Assembly: GCA_965112155.1 (NCBI GenBank)
Contig: OZ218103.1
Reading direction: 5' to 3' (one strand)
DNA length: 64,000 nt
Source of the DNA: Podarcis liolepis
Lineage: Eukaryota
Made by a program: the position numbers and the translations under genes. This document shows positions 59,600 through 64,000 of this stretch, one piece after another. The notes under the pieces are model-generated. The model was not told the DNA's origin and did no database searches. It saw only the letters and a program-made list of their open reading frames with translations. Every line of letters starts with the position of its first letter. Position 1 is the first letter of the stretch.

Positions 59600-61589
59600 T
59601 CTGTAACTCATATTCAAATTTCTAAAAATAAATACAAGAGCTAAATACAACTCTTGCAGTCAGACCCCCTCCCCATTTCTGTGGCGCTCTAAGGCCTTCA
59701 CATGGCTGTCGGCCCTGACAAGAACTGCGGACAAGTTCTTTGTCTGAATCTATCTAATCCATCTTAATTGTTTTCAATCCATATCTATACACCCCAAAGT
59801 CCAGCAAATGTAGAGTTTATGCAAATTCTGTCTGAATTGTAATACAAAAGCTCAAAACCCCTTTCACTTAAAGGTTGAAGACCTTCAAACATACTTGCCT
59901 GTTGGCATACGAGCTTGGATTTGATATCTTTACGAGTACATTACTCCAGATATTTCGAGAATCTTCTCATGACGCCTTTGACAAATCACAATTAGCATAA
60001 TCTACCTAACAGAGTTATTGTGAACATAAAAAGGGATAAAATTTTGTTCTTAGACTTTTACTACCTTGTCTTATACAATAAAAGGGAAAAATGCAGTTGT
60101 GGTTTTTAACCCCCATTCTGTACTTCATTCTTTCCTTGCTTACAAGCAAGAGCTTTTCATTGCAAAAGGAAGAGCCTTTGGGTTGTTTTTTTTCCTCTCC
60201 CTGCTGATATTTTTACTGGCTTGTAGGTGCTTTTCTTTGGAATAGTTTGCAAAAGATAGTGAATGCCTAATGAACAAACCCCTGGGGCTTTAGTCAGACT
60301 TATCATGACAAGCTAAAAATTAATTTAGATTGTCTACCTTTTAGGTACAGGGGGAACCTTTTTTTGAAAGCTAAATTAATTCACCAGCCTATGGTGAGGG
60401 AGTGGAATGATTAATAATATCTCAATAAGAAACTGCTGAGAAGGAATTTTCTGTTTTACTGTTCATGGGAACTAAAACCTGCAATTTACTACCCAGTCAA
60501 AAGGCTGTATTTAGCCATGGGCAAAATATCTGATGCAGTTTCCACTATCTCAGCAAATCACCTACCTCAAATCTACCAGTGATTGCAAAGTTTAATGGCC
60601 ATTTCCAAAAATGGAACTTAAAAGAAAACGAAAGTCTGGACAATGTGGGCAAATGAATGAAGTTTCCAGAGGAGTTTAGACAACCCATGGAAGGAAGACT
60701 GAGAAAATGAGGTGCTGTGCACTGGAAATCTGTCTGCAGAAAACAGACACATCGGAGTTGCAATGAACTGGAGATCACTATCCAGTTAGGGAGGGAAGAA
60801 GCTATATTGGCAAGTAATGTGTGAAGTAGGTTAGCTCCCTCTGGTTACAGGAAAGGCTTCAGGAAAGGATACACACATACACACAACAAGAAATGTTGCT
60901 GACATGAGGGGAGCCCCCGGATTAATTTATTCATTTTATTTGTATGCCGCTTTCCCACACACCAAAAAATCATGCTCAAAGTGGCTTACAACAAAGAAAA
61001 TAGGAAAACACTTCGAACAATTCCCTATGTGATCCCAAGTGCTTCTTCTGAAGGACCTTCCCCTTCATAGTGTTCTTACATATAGCAAGGGTCTGATCTT
61101 TAAAGAGCAATAAACCTCTCCCAGCAGCCTGTCCTTCAACCTCTTGTCTCCGCTGGACTCCAATACTGAGAGAAAAACCGCCTGTCAGGGAGGAGTTTGA
61201 GAGCTGAAGCCCCAGGGGCAGAAGCAACACAGGCTTTCGCTGTATCCTGAGTCACTTGAAAACACACAAAGAGGTCTTTAACATCACCATGCTATTATAG
61301 TGTGGACAATCACACTCTCAGAATGTTTCCTTCATGTACTTCACAAAACCTCAAACTTTGTGATGAATTCTACAAGTGTAACAAATATGCAAGCTGGACA
61401 GATTTACATACATTTACCTACTTTGCTTGTTCCAGCAATTTAGACATAATTTTGTGCGAGTTGTCGTTTAAAGTAACTGCATTAATCGATGATTGAAAAA
61501 GATACAGGGCCAAGAGGCAGATGTTAGCGAAATGGGAGGTGCAATGGCCTGGTTCTTGCAAACAGAGGGTGAGATGGTAAACCTGTGTC

Positions 61590-62033
61590 AGGACTGTACC
61601 CGGTTTATTTCTGGGCACAATTCAAAGTGCTGCTTATAATCTATAAAGCTCTACACGGCTCAGATCCAGGCTATCAGAAAGACCATCTTCCCTCAGACAA
61701 ACCTGCCCAGCCTCTGAGACCTCCAGGGGAGGCCCGTCTCTCGGTCCCACCACCCTCACCACCCCCATCCTGGTTGGGGACACAAGAAAGGGCCTTCTTG
61801 GTGGCTGCTCCCAGACTCTGGAACTCCCTCTCTGGGGTAGCTGTCCTGGCTCCCTCCTTGTTGTCCTTCCGCCAGCAGGGAACTGACTGCTTTTAAGGTT
61901 CTGTGCTATGTTTTCAATGGATCTTTTTAAAGTATTTTAATTCTATTAGTGTTTAATGAGTGTCTTTTCTATGCTTTGACCTTGTTCTATTTTAGCTGCG
62001 TAAGCTGCCATAAGTTCCAAACTGGGGGAAAGG
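61590..62033 (+). mobile_element. L2-clade LINE 3' fragment
   Basis: LYPVYFWAQFKVLLIIYKALHGSDPGYQKDHL...RAFLVAAPRLWNSL is the L2 ORF2 C-terminus. Its tail is split by a hAT MITE. Confidence 0.85.
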
Positions 62034-62378
62034 CAGGGACGCGGACTTATAAAAAATATTGGGGGGGGGCCCGGGAAAGCTCATGAATAATAAATAAGCT
62101 CATGAATATGCAAATAAAGTGGCGCCGCCTCCTCGTGAGCGAATAGGGGAGAGTGTGCTGCGCCTATTAATCAGCTCCGAAGGAAATTGGGTGGAGCTTT
62201 TGCTCGGGAGGGAGGGCAGGAGGCATGCAGCCCGACCCTTTGCATTTTGGGCTGGGGGAGGGGCGGCGGTGGCGCTCTGCTGGAGGGGCACCGGAGATTA
62301 TTGGGGGGGCAGAGCCCCCCCAAACGAATTTTTGAGGGGGCTCGGGCCCCCTCAAGCCCCATGGAGTTGGCGCCTATG
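62034..62378 (-). mobile_element. Family A hAT MITE, short form
   Basis: Inverted near-copy of 3561-3891 with exact 8-bp TSD gggaaagg. Confidence 0.92.
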
Positions 62379-62820
62379 GGGAAAGGTGGATATAAATAAA
62401 TAAAATAATGATGATAACAACAATTGTTGTTAGCCGCCCTGAGCCCGGGTTCGGCTGGGGAGGGCGGGATATAAAGAAAATTTATTATTATTATTATTAT
62501 TACCCCTCCATACTGCATGAAGGCTTCTCCATTCAAAAAACCAAAACACACACACCAGTTTATCTGAAACTGGTATGTCAGAATGCATTTTATCCTGACA
62601 TGCCAGTTTCTATGTGGGGGGTATGTGTTTGTGTGTGTAGAACATTATTTTATGCGAGCCTCACCTGCAGCCTGAACTGGCGCTGTCCTACTCTTCCACC
62701 AGCCGATTGATATAAGAACTAAAGACCTCAGGTGTTTATTTTTGATTTTAATAATGTTTCACTTTAATTGCATTTAACCTTTTAGAATGTATTAGGCTTG
62801 ATTTTTGTGTGTTCTACATT

Positions 62821-63008
62821 TCATAGAATCATAGAATCTTTGTGTTGGAAGGGACCCCAAGGGTCATCTAGTCCAACCGCCTGCAATGCAGGAATCTCAG
62901 CTAAGGAATCCGTGACAGGAGACCACCCAACCTCCGCTTAAAAACCAAGGAAGGGCAGTCCACCACCTCCCGAGGGAGACCCTTCCACTGTCAGACAGCT
63001 CCTACTGT
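62821..63008 (-). mobile_element. CR1 3' end
   Basis: tcatagaatcatagaatc tail repeat and ggaagggaccccaagggtcatctagtccaacc. Confidence 0.85.
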
Positions 63009-63554
63009 CTCTCCCCTCCTACGCTGCCTTCCATCTCTCCTTATCTGACCCTGAAAGGCAGGATGTTTTCCTATGTCAGTTATGAGTTAGCATCAGGGAA
63101 GAAATCCTTGGCAGTTTCCTGAAAGATAGATGGGAGAAATGTCATTAAAGACTGATCATAGGCTAGGTGGCCAGGGCAACATGGGACACCTGATGCCTAA
63201 ATTGGGCAAAAGGCCTACACGCGTCTGGTCAACCCCAAGGGGGGGGGAGTGAATAGCAGGAAGACGCCATGCGTGTTTTCTATCCCATGACTAGTAACCT
63301 TTCTTGATGTATATGAAGGTGTTTTATGACTCGTTGTTTGCTGTGTTTGAACTATGATATCAGCCTCTGTTCTGAGGTGCCTTGGGGCAGCCCTTCGCAA
63401 CTGGCCGTTGAGTGGAGTGAGCTCTGTCCTATTGCAATAGCTATAATAAATGCTGGGCCTCTAAATCCTGATGCTGGACTTGAAAAATAGTTTCTGTGGT
63501 TTATTCAAAAGGTGGTTGTTCCTCACCCGGGTAACAAACAAGGTGATGTAGAAG

Positions 63555-64000
63555 GGAATTCTTACATTTGTCCCTATTGAAATTGAGTATGTTAGATTGC
63601 ACCCAGTTTTCCAGTCCATTAAGGTCATTTTCATTTTTTATTCTGTCTTCTGCGACATTAGCTACTCCTCCCAGTTTGGTGTCATTTGCAAATTTGATGA
63701 GCATCCCTTCAATTCCTTCATCCAAGTAGTTTATAAAGATGTTCAACAGGCTTCTTCTTCTAAATATTTACAGTTTTCGTGTTAATAACGCTTTTCACCA
63801 ACTTACCTGAGAAACAAGTTAGACTGACAGGTCTTTAATTTCCTGGATTCTTTGTGGATTCTTTTTCAAAACTTCATGTTGGCTGCGTTTCAGTCCTCTG
63901 GTGAGGAGGCTGATTCTAGCAATAAGTTACATACTTTACCTTGAAGATCAACAATTTCCCATTTGAGTTCTTAAGAACTCTCAGGTGAGTGCCCCCTGGT
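63555..64000 (-). mobile_element. CR1 RT fragments
   Basis: Minus strand NIFINYLDEGIEGMLIKFANDTKLGGVAN...FNRDKCK. Runs to the window edge. Confidence 0.85.

Noticed and set aside
63074-63536. Possible solo LTR (TG...CA, AATAAA near 63445) between CR1 pieces
   Set aside because: I found no matching TSD or second copy, so its boundaries cannot be supported.
55500-64000. RGS4 exons, expected next by synteny
   Set aside because: No RGS-domain coding sequence was recognised, so the gene presumably lies beyond the window.

Overview
Vertebrate genomic DNA, almost certainly from a squamate and probably a lacertid lizard (Sauria SINEs, CR1/L2/L1 LINEs, Penelope-like elements, many hAT and Tc/mariner MITEs). 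It is not prokaryotic, so most ORF-track entries are spurious. The gene order matches the amniote DDR2-HSD17B7-CCDC190 block. (1) The last four coding exons of DDR2 (+, kinase domain, stop at 6126). (2) A complete 9-exon HSD17B7 (+, 18261-36111, 334 aa) with a CpG-island SRE/NF-Y/Sp1 promoter. (3) CCDC190 (-, 42432-39141, three coding exons, 290 aa). The most notable extras are: a phase-consistent, three-exon, 115-aa candidate gene at 50707-51316 that I do not recognise and that is absent from the ORF track; a triple nest (solo LTR > GC-rich hAT > L1) just downstream of its stop; and two Penelope-like inverted-repeat insertions carrying minimal hammerhead ribozymes. In one of these, the only two differences between about 140-bp arms fall on catalytic G8 and G12. 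All coordinates were read by eye, and repeat family names come from recognisable motifs rather than database searches.
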